From: Cyanophora paradoxa CCMP329
Lineage: Eukaryota; Plantae; Glaucophyta
DNA: 39,603 nt
Assembly: GCA_004431415.1 (NCBI GenBank)
Contig: QPMI01000366.1
Coordinates: 1-39,603 of the forward strand
Direction: 5' to 3'
Shown one piece after another: positions 12,260 through 22,635 of the stretch. Numbering within the stretch: position 1 is the stretch's first letter; each line of letters opens with the position of its first letter. The position numbers and the translations under genes were made by a program. The notes beneath the pieces were generated by a model. It did no database searches. It was not told where the DNA came from and saw only the letters and a list, made by a program, of their open reading frames with translations.

Positions 12260-13100
12260 AAATTCTTCCGCGCCAGTGCCGATCCCTATCGTCAATCGAC
12301 GACACCGACTCGAGCTCGGCGACGAGTCGGCGTCGAGTCGGCGTCGACTCGGCCGCGGCGACCGTCGCGGCGTCGATCGCGACGTCGCCGCCGACTCGCC
12401 GGTCCGTGACCGTCCGTCCGACGGTCGGACTCCGGGACAGACTCGGAGTCTCGGACTCCGTGACAGGCACTGACAGCCACTGAGTGGCACTGACAGGCCG
12501 CAGGCCCGCAGGGCCGCAGCCAGCAGGCCCGCAGGGCCGGCGGGCCGCGCCGGCGGCGCGCCGGCGGCCCCGGCGGCCCGGCGCAGGCGCGCGCGCGCGG
12601 CGCGCGGCGTCGACGCTGTCCGCCGACTCGGGGCGCCGAGTCCGATCCGCGGCTGCGCGCTATATATATGCGCGGCAGCCTGCGCCCCGGCGCCGCGGCG
12701 CGTCGACGTCGACGCCCGCGGCGCCCGCGGCCGGCGCGCCGCCGGGCCGGCGCCGGCGCCGGCGCCGCGCCCCGCCGCGGGCCCGCGGCCCGCGCGCGGA
12801 CCGTCACGGCGTACCGGTATGCGATTGCGAACCCATGCCCGGCGGCCGCACACTTTTAGCTTTGACAGGCCCGAGCCGCCCGACCTGCGGCAGTACTAGC
12901 TATATAGCGCTAGCTATAGTACTAGGCTACTAGCTAGTATAGCTATAGCCTATACTATGGTAGTGCGTAGCTCAGAAGTGCTGCTGGTGCATGTGGATCG
13001 GCGCCGAAACTATCATCGTCCTCAGCTCGATCATCGGATCATCTGCCAGGCCTAGGCCTATAGCCGCTGAGCCGCTGAGCTAGGCTGGCGCCAGCGCCGG
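12260..13100. repeat. Low-complexity DNA built from short self-complementary words
   Basis: Blocks of GTCGAC/CGACTCG/CGAGTCG, then GGCGCC/GCGCGC/GGCC, then TAGCTA/CTATAG/AGTACT. Confidence 0.6.
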
Positions 13101-14144
13101 CCATGTTTCGGACAGCCTGGCAGCATTCGCATGCGGAGCGCCCGCGAGCTCGTTCGGGTGATCAGAGCTTCCTGAAGCCAGCGCATATATATGCGTGTAT
13201 GTGCATCGCCATCTCAGCTGGACTCTCGAGTGACCGCGGCGGGTGCGCAGGCGCCGACGTGCACGTGTAGCTATAGGCCTCGCTTTCTTGCCTTCGAACC
13301 GCGCCCGCGGCTGCCTTAAGCTTACACGGGCTGCCGACAGGCTGCTGACAGTTCTAGCTTGTGCATGTGCCAATTTCGCAAAGGAGCTAACAAGTAACCA
13401 TCCGATCGATACTGGTGAGATGGGGCCCGGGGCCGGAGCTTTTCGCGCCGGACCGTCGGATAATGGCGCCCCCGGCCCGCTTCGCGCGCGCCTCTATAGC
13501 TAACGCGAGGCCCGCGCGCCCCAGGAACGCAGCGAAGGGGAGATCATGCAAGCTGCAAAGAGGTCCTGAGGCCAGCACCTCAGGATCCTTATGATCAATT
13601 GCAAGAGGGCGCGCAACGGAGGGAGGCGGCCGCGTAATCAGCTCAACAGCAAAATGCCACCAATGATCATGAGGTATGCTTGATCAATTGCAAGCTGCAG
13701 ACTCGACTTCTCATTGCGGCTTGTGCTGATGGCCTCGGAGGGCTTCCAGCTGCAAGCCTGGACAGACAGAAAGGGGGGTCGCTCCCAGGACCACGTGGCG
13801 GGGACGGAGCAGCGGCGTCGCCTTCCCTGCGCCGAGCGTCTGCAGCGGAGACTATGCTGCTTGTCTTGTGCATGGCATAAGGCGCGAGCCTCGGGGACGA
13901 AGAGGGAGGGATCCCGATCGCACCATGGCCAGTACAAGTACTGCCGCCCTCACCGGGTCCCCCGTGATGCGCTTCAGTCATCCCTTCGGTGCCCTGCCTG
14001 CGAGCGGCACTGCGCCTGATGCAAGCCCTCACGCACACTTCCCACACGCGCAGCACGAGGAAGATCGCAAGTTTCACGTGCACGAAGCCGAGTCGCCGGG
14101 CGGAGGACCCCGCCTCTGCCGTCCTTGGACATCAGAGTGCGTCT

Positions 14145-14490
14145 CAGGGGTGGGGTGCGGGGGGAGGGGGGAGGGGGAAGACGGGGAGGGGCGGGAGGGG
14201 GAGGGGCGGGGGGGGGAGGGGGGAGGGGGCGTGCTGGGGAGGGAGGGGGCGTGCTGGGGAGGGGGGAAGAGGGGTGTGTGTGGAGGGACGTCCTTGGACA
14301 ATCGCTAGGCGCCGGTGGCCAGGGCCATGGGGAAGGGGGCAGAAGGGGAGGGCGGGAGAGGGGGATGGGGTAAGATTGCCCTCGACGAGAAAGAAGAGAA
14401 GACCTAGGGGGGCGACGTCGACGTGTGAGGGGGTGGGAGATGGGGGGAGGGGGGGGCGGGGGGGGAGGGATTGGGGGGGATTGGGGGGAA
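14145..14490 (+). repeat. G-rich polypurine tract (G-quadruplex-prone) upstream of the surface-protein gene
   Basis: Many G3-G8 runs, including a duplicated GGGGGCGTGCTGGGGAGGG unit. Confidence 0.6.
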
Positions 14491-14577
14491 TTGTGACAGG
14501 GTGAATTAACCGTGTGACCGCAGCACCTACAGAGGCCTAGGGGTCGAGAGGATTCGACAAGATGCGGGCAGTTGACA

Positions 14578-15839
14578 ATGCATATGCTCGTTGCCTTCAG
14601 CTTGATCTGCCTGCTATTCGCGAACGTGGACATGGCCAACGCGCAAGTATCAGCAACAATATCAGCCGCAATTGCTACCTCCACGGCACCCACAGCGACC
14701 ACAACGAGTGCAACGTTTGCGTGGACATTTACGTTTGCAAGGACACAGGGAACCGGAACTCCTCCGACGATTACTGTGACCTCACCAAAAGGCACCTGCG
14801 CCCATCCGTACGGCGTGACAGCGACCCAGACACACGTGACAGGCAGCGCTACTACAAATACAGGCTCATGGACGTCTTCTGCCCTCGCATACAGCTCCTT
14901 TCCGGAAACGGGTACTGCCCAGCAGCTCTCCTGCGCCGTGACCTTCACCGCTTCATGCTCAACGTGCACAACTACTGGTACTTTCACTTGCACTAACTGC
15001 GTTGCGGGTTCTTGTACGCTTTCAACGACTACTCCAATTACGCTTACGAACTGCGTGAGTAACACATTAACCCTCTCAACAACTCTCACTGCAGGTGGTC
15101 TCTTTATTTGGCTTTTGAAAAGCACGTGAGTTATCTAACGAGCCCTGCAGTGAAAACAATCACAGCGATTGGTTCGCCAACGGTTACGACTGCGAGCACT
15201 ACCAGCGTCAACGTTGGATCGGTGACCGTCACGCAATCATCTACCCCGACAACGCTGTACACGAACGCATTCCAATCTGTAACATGCACAAGCAACTCCA
15301 TTTCAGTGATTGTCGGCCCGACCGCGCTTGCCAGCACGGCAACCACAACTGCGGCTGTCAATGGCGCATCGTCGGCTTTGTGGGCCACTTCATCGTACCC
15401 CGTCAGCTGCAGGGTCACCGTCACCTACTCATACAATGGTACGATCACCAGCTCTGCAGTTTCAACCACTGGTGAGCGCCTTTAAATTTGCACGTCAGTT
15501 CATAAATGCATGTTGCAGTTGCCGCAATTCCTCACCGTCGCAATTGCTCCAGTTCCTTTCAAGACCGCATCGTCCTTGACATTCGGGACGCTCTTGGCCG
15601 CATCGACCACTTCAGTAACAGTCCCGTTCAGCTGGACGCTCTCGACGGGGTACGCGGCTTCCCCAACGTACGGCAGCTTGACTGTTACTTGCTCGGGATC
15701 CCCCGGAAGTGGCGTCGAGGTCACGAAGACAGGGAGCACGGTTCTTTCAGCCGGAGCCAGCAGCGCCTCTTTGGATGTGACTGGGTTTCCGGAATTGAGC
15801 TCACCCTACACAATATCGTGCTCCTCAGCACACATATGA
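14578..15839 (+). pseudogene. Secreted Thr/Ser-rich beta-strand-repeat surface protein, interrupted by the viral insertion
   Basis: Signal peptide MHMLVAFSLICLLFANVDMANA-Q. Introns 15095-15150 and 15472-15552 keep the frame. Three roughly 100-aa units end in similar motifs (FPETGTAQQLSCAVT / SSYPVSCRVT / FPELSSPYTISCS). The third is cut at ~15828 and reads into a stop inside the viral hairpin. Confidence 0.7.
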
Positions 15840-15903
15840 ATATTCATATTTTAATCCCTCGGCGTTCCGCCTCAGGATTAAAATATGAATATTCATATGT
15901 GTG
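15829..15903. repeat. Terminal hairpin: perfect 29-bp inverted repeat with a 17-nt loop
   Basis: CACACATATGAATATTCATATTTTAATCC (15829-15857) is the exact reverse complement of 15875-15903. Each arm contains the 16-bp palindrome ATATGAATATTCATAT. Confidence 0.95.
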
Positions 15904-16290
15904 ATTCGATGTTATATCAATAAAATCGATTAATTTATTTGAATTTTCACATGAATTTTCATATTTTTAAATGCATTTTCAATTAATTTAATCGATTTTA
16001 TATCGATAAACTCGATTAATCGATATTGTATCTTAATTGTAGTTAATCGGAATTATATCTATAACTTCGATTAATCTTAATTGAATCCTAAATGAATCTA
16101 ATCGGAATTATATCAATAAATTCGATTAAATCATGTTCTTTTCCTATTAAATCAATTAAATATTTAACTTTGTTACCATAAGTGGTCTAAGTTGACTCAC
16201 TTTTCATAAACATTTTGAACTCTTAGTCTCCTTGAATTTCTTAAGATGACTCAACTTAGTCAACTTAGTCAACTTTGTTACCATAATCAA

Positions 16291-17060
16291 TCAGGGTGGA
16301 CTCACTTTTAGATCAACTTTGAAATTTCAAGCAAAATCAACTTATATTTCAAAAGTGGATCTTCTAAGTGGACTCATAATGTTCACTTTGTGATACATTT
16401 AAGTTCTTATGCTTACTGTATATGGTCAGGGTTGACTAAGTGGGGGGAGTTGACACATTTTTCAAAATCTTTTATAGAATATTCTTTGGATCTCAAAATT
16501 TCCTCTGAAATTTGAGTCAACTCAACCCACTTAGTCAACCTTAGCATTGAAATGGTCACATTTTTATATACATTTACTCCTTTTACGATTAATATGAATC
16601 AACCATGAGTCCACTTAGTATTAAATATTAATCAATGTAAATATAAACAAGGGGATTAAGAGGAATGCTTATTGAATATGGTCAGGGTGGACTCACTTTT
16701 TCATACAAATCGAATTCCCAAGTAAATTTGACTCTAAATTGTTAGGTGGATCTTCTAAGTGGACTCAAAATGTTCACTTTGTGATACTTGTTAGCTCAAA
16801 TCCTTACTGTTTATGGTCAGGGTTGACTAAGTGGGGGGAGTTGACACATTTTTTCAAATCCTTTTTAGAAAACTTTAGGTCCCAAATATTTCCTGTGAAA
16901 TTTGAGTCAACTCAACCCACTTAGTCAACCCTTGCATTGAATTCGTAACAAAATCCATATACTATTACTACTTTTACGATTAATATGAGTCAACCTTGAG
17001 TCCACTTAAATATAAATATAATATAATAGGGGGAATCTAGGGGAGATGCTTACTAAATGC
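16291..17060. repeat. Two imperfect ~390-bp tandem direct repeats, each with an internal inverted repeat
   Basis: GGTTGACTAAGTGGGGGGAGTTGACACATTTT at 16430 and 16821. TTTGAGTCAACTCAACCCACTTAGTCAACC ends at 16540 and 16930. Motif blocks are conserved and spacers diverged. Confidence 0.9.
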
Positions 17061-17591
17061 AGTGTTAGATTGATGATTTCACATATGTAATCACGATTAT
17101 CTCTAAAGTAGATTTGGGTTGATTATTCGATGTTATCAGGTGATTGAGTTGATAAGTATTTGATGTAGATCTTTAACTCTTTCGTTATAATCGAATTTAA
17201 TCGAATTAGTTTTGAATTTTCAAAATCGGTTTAATCGTAATAGCGATGTATACACATCGAGATTCGTAGATGTGATTGCAATTTATTGTTATGTATGATA
17301 TTGGTGATTATATTGAATCGTTGGTGTATCGATTTGATAACTTCCTGGTGATCTGTATTAAAAACTCACGTTTAATGGATTTTAATCGAATTTAAAATCA
17401 AAATTCAAAATCGGTTTCATCGCGATTTGGAGTCACAGGTATCGAAAATCCTAGATGTGATAGTAGCGCTGTGACCGCCTTAAAATGCTCGATTTTATGA
17501 CGTTTTAAGCGCATCGATTTGAGCATGTGGTGTTGAGATATCGTAGCAAACGTGAATAGTGAGTTTCTAGACGGGTACAGCATTAATCTAG

Positions 17592-17716
17592 AAAAAACCG
17601 CGTTTTTTTTTTACTTTTCAAGTTTCACGGCGAACGAAGTAAAGGTTCCCGGTCGGATTTGAACCTCGTAGTTCTGAGTCAGTAATCTAGCGCTTTATTG
17701 TCTGAGCCAAAAACGG
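17592..17716 (-). ncRNA. tRNA-derived Pol III-type unit (A box, B box, A-tract, T6 terminator); not a functional tRNA
   Basis: Minus strand: TGGCTCAGACAATAAAGCG...GAGGTTCAAATCC...A10-CGCGG-TTTTTT. A/B box spacing is tRNA-like, but the acceptor, T and anticodon stems are mismatched. Confidence 0.5.
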
Positions 17717-17942
17717 CTTGCCATCTAGTCGACTCCTGGGCTAGTGTTTCACCAAGTCTACTATGGCAAGTGACTTTTGCATCTTCAAACTGTTATATCT
17801 CATCACCAGATCATCAAAACGCAACGTTCTGCATATCGCTGTGAAGCGCTTGATAAGATCTACAAGACTATGTGTATATCATGTGCATATATGTATATCA
17901 GTCATACATATATTTGGAAAAAACGAGTTTTTGCCTAGCAAA

Positions 17943-19328
17943 CTAGCTAGTTTTGGTCCTTTCTCTTAGTGTTCTCTGAGGTTTAGGGGCTGTATATGAC
18001 TCCTTAGTAGTCTGAAAGTCATTATACCATCTCTGGCTATTAACCTCAGAAAGTTTCTGTGTCCCTGCTATAGTGAGCTTTTTGAGTTCCCTATTAACCT
18101 TGCCAGTCTTCTCCTTTCTAGCCTCTATCAAAGGCTTATCTGGGACTTCATTAGCAGCTTCTATGCCTTCTCTCCTTATAGCAGCATCAACCTTGGCTTC
18201 CTCTTTGGCTTGCTCTAATGCATCCACTGTAGGGGTTTCTAGATATTCAACTGAATTCACAGGCAACAGCTCATGGAAAGCAAACCTGTTATCTATGATC
18301 TCACCAGTGGGACTCCTTAGCTTAAACTTAAAGCCTTCCCTACTATCAACAGTGTAAACTATCCTAGACCAATTGTTACCCTGTTTGGCAAAGGGGTTCT
18401 TCTCAACTTTCACTCTAACAAACATGCCAGGCTGCATGGTATCAAGGTAAGCTATTGATTTCTTGAATCTTTCATCTTCTAATCCCACTATATACCTATA
18501 ATGCTCCTCTGTAGTTTCGCCTGGCTTCATCTTAGTAGCTGAGTGGACTGTATTATTGTAATTATACTCAATATCACCTAACACATCAAAGAATCTAGCT
18601 GTGTTATTAGCTATGCAGTAGTTTGTGATCAGTCTCTTAATCTGCTTGTTAAAGGCTTCAATTCGACCTTGGCTTCTATGGTCAGCAGTTCCACTCACTT
18701 GGTGTTCTATGAATTTACTAGATAAATACTCCTGGAATATTCGATTTTGGAACTCACTCCCAGCATCTGATTGAACTTTTACTATGGGTCTTGCCACTCT
18801 CATTTCAAGCTGCTTAAATGCAGCCAATGTAGTGAGAGCTGATTTATCTCTTATAGGTATAATATACCCAGTTCTCAGTGTTGATTCCATTGCAGTCATA
18901 AATGTATCATAGCCATTGTTTTGTTTCTTATAAGCTGGGAAAAAGAGCAAATCAATCACATAGGTATCAAGGGGTTGCCTAATTGGGACCATGGGATCTC
19001 TCTTTCTAGATATAGCAGGTGCATTGATCTGAACAACTTCTTGTTTTTTATAGAACTCTTGCAACTGCTTATAGGATTCATCTGGTAACTCAGCCCTCAT
19101 AGCTTGAAGCCCTTTATAACCAGTTCTCACATCATAGAATCTCTTGGCAATCTTGCTGGTTTCTTTCACTGCAATAGCAACTGGGATCTCTACTGGGACA
19201 AGCTCTTTCATCTCTGACTTTTTTACAATTCGAGATTCCCCCTTTTCCTCCTTTGGAATTGTGATGGGCAGTAGGTTACCTTGCAGTTGCTCAGTGGTTC
19301 TCCTAACTATTCTTCCAGTTGCTGGCAT
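17943..19328 (-). CDS. Retrovirus-like (rve, DDE) integrase of Polinton type
   Basis: DDE triad in VIDLL...VQSDAGSEF...QGRIEAFNK. YNNTVHSATKMKP and G.FVRVK..K.PFAK..NWS motifs are typical of Polinton integrases. Intact 461-aa ORF. Confidence 0.95.
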   Translation of the reverse strand: MPATGRIVRRTTEQLQGNLLPITIPKEEKGESRIVKKSEMKELVPVEIPVAIAVKETSKIAKRFYDVRTGYKGLQAMRAELPDESYKQLQEFYKKQEVVQINAPAISRKRDPMVPIRQPLDTYVIDLLFFPAYKKQNNGYDTFMTAMESTLRTGYIIPIRDKSALTTLAAFKQLEMRVARPIVKVQSDAGSEFQNRIFQEYLSSKFIEHQVSGTADHRSQGRIEAFNKQIKRLITNYCIANNTARFFDVLGDIEYNYNNTVHSATKMKPGETTEEHYRYIVGLEDERFKKSIAYLDTMQPGMFVRVKVEKNPFAKQGNNWSRIVYTVDSREGFKFKLRSPTGEIIDNRFAFHELLPVNSVEYLETPTVDALEQAKEEAKVDAAIRREGIEAANEVPDKPLIEARKEKTGKVNRELKKLTIAGTQKLSEVNSQRWYNDFQTTKESYTAPKPQRTLRERTKTS

Positions 19329-19331
19329 CTC

Positions 19332-22300
19332 TTAATTAAAAGGAACAGAATTAATACCATCTGGTAAGATGTATCTCTTTGCATCAAAGCAGTTCAGGGC
19401 AACCCTTCTACTCACAGTGTCTATTATTGTGTGATCTGCCCTTCTCTTCTGCTTGGCAGTCACAGTCTTGCTTATACCTGCAAATAAACACTGCTTAAAA
19501 TCATTAAATTGGAGTTCCTCAGTTGAAGTCCCAGAGAGCATACTTCTCTCAATCTCAGCAGTTCTGAAACTGTAAACTTTGGCTCTCAGACCCACATATT
19601 CCAATATAGCAGAACCTGGCATCTCATTTTTGTATTTACCTGGGGTCATTCTGTTGGATCCCCCTAGATCCAGATTAAAGGATATATTCTCTAGATCCTT
19701 TTGGAGGGTCTTAGATTCGATATATAGACAAAAGGAATCAGTATCATGGAACAGTAATTTGGCTTTGGACCATTGGGACCTTACAGTATCATAGAAGAAC
19801 TGGTAATTATGCAGTTTGGCTGCATCCAAAACATAAGCCCCAATTGCAACAGGCTTATCTAGTTTCACATGCTTTGTGTAAAACTCAAAGGCAACTGCTT
19901 TTTCGTTTATGGGACTTGTTGATTTCACCAATGGGGAAGCTGCATATTTCATAAACAGTTTCTCACTGTTTGCAATCTTAACCACAGATCTACCTCTGCA
20001 AGATTCAATGCATTTCCCATAGATTGAGTTATTCATGAGTTTATAGAAATCAGCCTCGAATTTATTCACTGCTTTCCTTCTCATCTCAGTATTCAGCTCA
20101 ATGTAGGGTTTCATTACAGGAGCCACAGTAAATGAGAGGACCCTGTGAATTTTCTTTAATTTCACACCTTTGTCCAACAGATATTGCAGAAGAGGCTCAG
20201 AAATCACATAGTTTGCCACAGAACCAAAGGTTGCAGTTAGCTTTGGGGTTTTATCAAGCTCTTCTCCTGAAAGATCTAAAAGGCTCTTTTGATATTGTGA
20301 TAATTCGGCATAATCTATTATTTTCTTGTTAATGATTAGGGGGAAATCACTGTGATCTAGAAACAGCCTAATTGGGTAATCCAGATCAACTTCCAGGAAA
20401 CTGGATCTGTTATCTTGTGGGTTGAATTCGGTCTCCCATCTAAAATCACCAACTGGGATTGGCTGACTCAAACAGTAGCCATACAAGTTGTTAGCATCAA
20501 ACAGCATAATGTGGGAGTTTTCACCATCAGCCTCAGCATACCTACAAGGCATTGTTGCAAAGCCACCCCTGATTCCCCTCTCAACAAATTCATATTGCTC
20601 TACATCACTTATAAGCTCTATTTTTGCCTTGGTGGTCCTAAGCATAGCATCCCAAGATAACCCAGGTGCAGATACATAATGAACTGGGTCAAGTCCATAT
20701 ACTGAGTGTGAAAGCCTTCTGAAGGCTTGGAATTTGTCCATTAACTCATCTACATCAGCAGCTCCAAAGTCCATGAAATTACTTGCATCAATGAACTTGT
20801 AAAGTCCCCATTGCAATGAAAGGTATTGATCAAAGTTTTTTGAAAGGATTTCGATTCGCTTTTTATCCCCTAAACCTGCTATTTTTCTGAAAATGAATGT
20901 CCCACAGTCATCCATTTGGTCAACAACCACTGCAACTTTGGTTTGCTTTGAGATTCTCCTATGCAGATTGCAGTTTCTGCATGCAGGAGCAATGTAATGA
21001 CCTGTGTGGTGGTCATGATCTCTGCATTTGAAGTTCTCCTTGGTGAACCTCTCACTGCAAAGGTAACAGTGTTTAGTAGCCCTGTAAACAGCCTTTTGCT
21101 CATCTGTGAGTTCATTCATGGGAATATTGGTAAACAGAAAATCGATCAGCTCTCTTGCTTTGGACTCCAAGCATTCAAAGAGACCTCCCATTGGATCCTG
21201 CCCCTCAAATCGAAAATCTTGAACATCTTCCCCAGTGACTACTCTAAGGTTCACTGCTGAGACTTCCCTCTTAGATTTTGATGCATCAATGGGGATGCTT
21301 CTATGTTCAATCTTGCAGTAAACCACAACAGGAAGCCAAACAGTTTTCCTGAGGTTTTTCAGTCCAAACTCTATGGTGGTCTCAGGTTTTGGTGTGATTC
21401 CCTTTGAGAGTCTCCAATCAATGCATCTATTTGAGTCCACATGAGCAGTGAGTTTAGCCTCAGACCTGAATCGAGATAAGCATGTGTCACAGTAGTGTAA
21501 CTTCTGATCATTGTATGTTTCATGGTTTACTTTCAATAATCTTGAAAGGGACATGATTGTAATATAATGACCATTCCCTTCATCATCAAATATCAGCATG
21601 AGATTAACCTTATGCTTTCTGCCTGGGTTACTGGATTGATGCAGGGGATAAATAACCTCTCCATCGATTCCAAATATATTAATGCTAATGCCTGCATTTT
21701 GAGCCTCGAATTTATCAATAATCTCAGCATCACAGGCAACAGGGAATGGGATGTTATCGAAATTCAGAGCCAGCGGATTATAAGCGATTGCTGAGTATTT
21801 CCATTTGCGATATTGTGAAAGCTCATTCCTCTTATGGGAGTTTATCGCTTTTCTGTGAATATATGCCAAAATTGCATTTTCGAAGCAGGAATCATCAATA
21901 TTTCGAATATTCACTGTGGCTCTCTTCCTAGCAATCCACTCTGGGGTTTGTAGAAAGCATCCACCAGTTGGAGCATAACTCATAATAGCCACTCTGAGTA
22001 TTTCAATTCTTTCTAAGCGATAGCTATCAACCACATTCATCTGCTCCTGGCATATTTGGGCTGCTTTATTCAGCTCAGTTCGAATATTTCTCGATCTGGT
22101 TAGTACAAAATAATCGCTGTAAATGTATTTCGATATCCAAACCTGCGGATTGCTTACTTTTACGAACTTGCAGATAAAAGACAAGCGAACCTTGATTGCC
22201 CTGAATTGATCTAAACCCTGCTTTAATCGATTAGGAAGGGATGTAGCAATTCTGTCCAGGAATTCAATCACATCTACAACAACTTCCCTTCTGGCTCTGT

Positions 22301-22577
22301 AAGTGAGCCAGCGATATAATTCATTCATGGCTGTTCCATCTTCTGCCTCAGGTTCTATTTGCCTTAGGCGATCCAGTTCATCCAAGGTTTCAATTTTATC
22401 ATATAGGTTATTTGCTTTTCTGGTTAATCTGGCTAAAGTGGGTCTACCCTTTGCAATTAAATCTATTTCCCGGTCATATTCAGCCTCTGTTATTTCATGG
22501 GCTGCATAAAGTGTTCCCAGCAATCCCATGAGTTCCCATTTCTTCTCCCTTATGAGTTTGTTGGTAATTCGGGGCAT
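19332..22577 (-). CDS. Protein-primed family B DNA polymerase with putative terminal-protein region, vOTU-like protease, C2H2 finger and endonuclease VII-like insert
   Basis: Polymerase motifs FDANNLYG, KLMNNSIYGK, HDTDS and GLRAKVY. NIDDSCF...GHY is the vOTU-like Cys/His pair. CYLC..RDHDHHTGHYIAPACRNCN is EndoVII-like. Intact 1081-aa ORF. Confidence 0.96.
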   Translation of the reverse strand: MPRITNKLIREKKWELMGLLGTLYAAHEITEAEYDREIDLIAKGRPTLARLTRKANNLYDKIETLDELDRLRQIEPEAEDGTAMNELYRWLTYRARREVVVDVIEFLDRIATSLPNRLKQGLDQFRAIKVRLSFICKFVKVSNPQVWISKYIYSDYFVLTRSRNIRTELNKAAQICQEQMNVVDSYRLERIEILRVAIMSYAPTGGCFLQTPEWIARKRATVNIRNIDDSCFENAILAYIHRKAINSHKRNELSQYRKWKYSAIAYNPLALNFDNIPFPVACDAEIIDKFEAQNAGISINIFGIDGEVIYPLHQSSNPGRKHKVNLMLIFDDEGNGHYITIMSLSRLLKVNHETYNDQKLHYCDTCLSRFRSEAKLTAHVDSNRCIDWRLSKGITPKPETTIEFGLKNLRKTVWLPVVVYCKIEHRSIPIDASKSKREVSAVNLRVVTGEDVQDFRFEGQDPMGGLFECLESKARELIDFLFTNIPMNELTDEQKAVYRATKHCYLCSERFTKENFKCRDHDHHTGHYIAPACRNCNLHRRISKQTKVAVVVDQMDDCGTFIFRKIAGLGDKKRIEILSKNFDQYLSLQWGLYKFIDASNFMDFGAADVDELMDKFQAFRRLSHSVYGLDPVHYVSAPGLSWDAMLRTTKAKIELISDVEQYEFVERGIRGGFATMPCRYAEADGENSHIMLFDANNLYGYCLSQPIPVGDFRWETEFNPQDNRSSFLEVDLDYPIRLFLDHSDFPLIINKKIIDYAELSQYQKSLLDLSGEELDKTPKLTATFGSVANYVISEPLLQYLLDKGVKLKKIHRVLSFTVAPVMKPYIELNTEMRRKAVNKFEADFYKLMNNSIYGKCIESCRGRSVVKIANSEKLFMKYAASPLVKSTSPINEKAVAFEFYTKHVKLDKPVAIGAYVLDAAKLHNYQFFYDTVRSQWSKAKLLFHDTDSFCLYIESKTLQKDLENISFNLDLGGSNRMTPGKYKNEMPGSAILEYVGLRAKVYSFRTAEIERSMLSGTSTEELQFNDFKQCLFAGISKTVTAKQKRRADHTIIDTVSRRVALNCFDAKRYILPDGINSVPFN

Positions 22578-22635
22578 TATTCCTAACTTGTTCCTATTCT
22601 AAGGGGATATTTTATTTTAGAGCATTTTAAACGCA

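Noticed and set aside
13974-15125. 383-aa Val-rich minus-strand ORF
   Set aside because: It is the antisense shadow of the Thr-rich gene plus the G-tract. The plus strand has the signal peptide and splice sites.
1-15828. Naming the host species
   Set aside because: Intron style and GC content indicate a GC-rich protist or alga, but they do not identify it without a search.
16291-17060. LTR pair of a retroelement linked to the integrase
   Set aside because: The repeats are adjacent, lack TG...CA ends, and there is no RT or gag. The integrase is Polinton-type.
17644-17716. Functional tRNA gene
   Set aside because: The acceptor, anticodon and T stems do not pair; only the promoter boxes remain.
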